Shown piece after piece: positions 63,090 to 64,000 of a stretch of DNA of 64,000 bases. Source of the stretch: Octopus bimaculoides (lineage: Eukaryota). The first letter of the stretch is position 1. Every line of letters begins with the position of its first letter. The stretch lies in the NCBI RefSeq assembly GCF_001194135.2, contig NC_068982.1:126831911-126895910 (forward strand), given 5' to 3'. Both the position numbers and the translations under genes were made by a program. The notes below the pieces were generated by a model. The model saw nothing but the letters and a program-made list of their open reading frames with translations, had not been told where the DNA came from and did no database searches.

Positions 63090-63460
63090 ATACATAAATA
63101 CATGGTGGCTGTCTACACCTTATGTAGAGTTTGACCATCTCCTGTACCTATACCTTAGAACCATCATGGCATCTGATGTGACTTTTTAAATCAGACAATG
63201 TTTTGAAAAGACACCCACACAGATTGCATATCCAATTTGGACCACCAAGAGCTGCAGTTAAATTTTGATCTTTGTGGATCTTAAAATATCTTTTGAGGTC
63301 TCTGTCTGATTTGCAAACCTTCTGGCATACATTGCATTGAAAGGTGTGCACAGACATATAGGCAGAATAGTTGGTGGAAGTTCGTTTTCCATGCATTCGC
63401 AAATGAGATTTGAGCCCAGCAAAAGAAAGGCATGGTTTGTCACAAGCTGTGATTCATGCT
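63090..63460 (-). mobile_element. LINE (RTE/RTE-X-like) 3' end with tandem C2H2 zinc fingers
   Basis: CDKPCLSFAGLKSHLRMH, CNVCQKVCKSDRDLKRYFKIH and CNLCGCLFKTLSDLKSHIRCH; no TGEKP linkers; in-frame stop upstream; short tail ending in a simple repeat. Confidence 0.6.
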
Positions 63461-63964
63461 CTCAATCATAACAGTCTTACATACATACATGCATACATAC
63501 ACACACACACGCACATACAGACAAGTAAATACATACACCCATGTATATATATATATATATATATACATACATACATACATACATACATATTCATATATAG
63601 TTCACAAATGAGAATCAGATGTTCTCTGTATAGAAACAGACTTAGTAGTGCTCAAGAGATTTAAACTTGAGTTGGTACAGAAATAAATGTAGGGATAAGT
63701 TAGATAGGTCAATATATAAAGTATATTAAATACATGAAATACAAAAAAATGTATATGTTTACATACAAAACGGTCTGACTTACACAATAAAAATGATATT
63801 AAGAATTAAAGGGGTTGAAGAAAAGTATTACAAATTCAACAGCTGTTTCTGGAGGCTAAATGGTAAAAAATAATGTTTGTAGATTGATTCCATTGTTGGA
63901 TGATACATGCCTCCGTCTTCAGGGAAGTGTATTTTTTATGGAGAAGATCTGATTCTCATCTATG

Positions 63965-64000
<36 letters not shown>

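Noticed and set aside
63035-63120. Donor-like ggg|gtaaga that could precede the SRCR exon
   Set aside because: Would give a 41-nt intron, and the upstream frame lacks SRCR N-terminal motifs; the real exon is probably beyond the window.

Overview
AT-rich eukaryotic genomic DNA from a draft assembly with several N gaps. The SINE families and gene structure look cephalopod, most likely octopus (inference). Two spliced genes converge. On the + strand is a PLEKHA8/FAPP2 orthologue (PH domain, linker, GLTP domain). I traced 11 coding exons from 25597 to 43475 with GT-AG sites and consistent phases; the expected short first exon was not found. On the - strand is the 3' part of an SRCR + zona pellucida (ZP) protein gene (5 exons, 62993 to 54286) with a furin site, a long Ser/Thr-rich stalk and a GPI-like tail. 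The rest is repeat-rich: four or more tRNA- or RTE-related SINE families, RTE LINE fragments (one still an open frame), Penelope-like remnants with hammerhead-like cores, two internally deleted mariners and a mariner MITE, TTAA-type MITEs, a Helentron-like element, micro- and minisatellites. The most unusual structures are a ~520-bp fold-back palindrome with hammerhead-like motifs (22151-22669), a ~820-bp TRIM-like mini LTR element (11257-12074), a 109-nt hairpin (13692-13800), and inverted SINE pairs flanking PLEKHA8 exons. I found no evidence for a wholly new multi-gene system. All identities and family assignments are by eye, with no database search.
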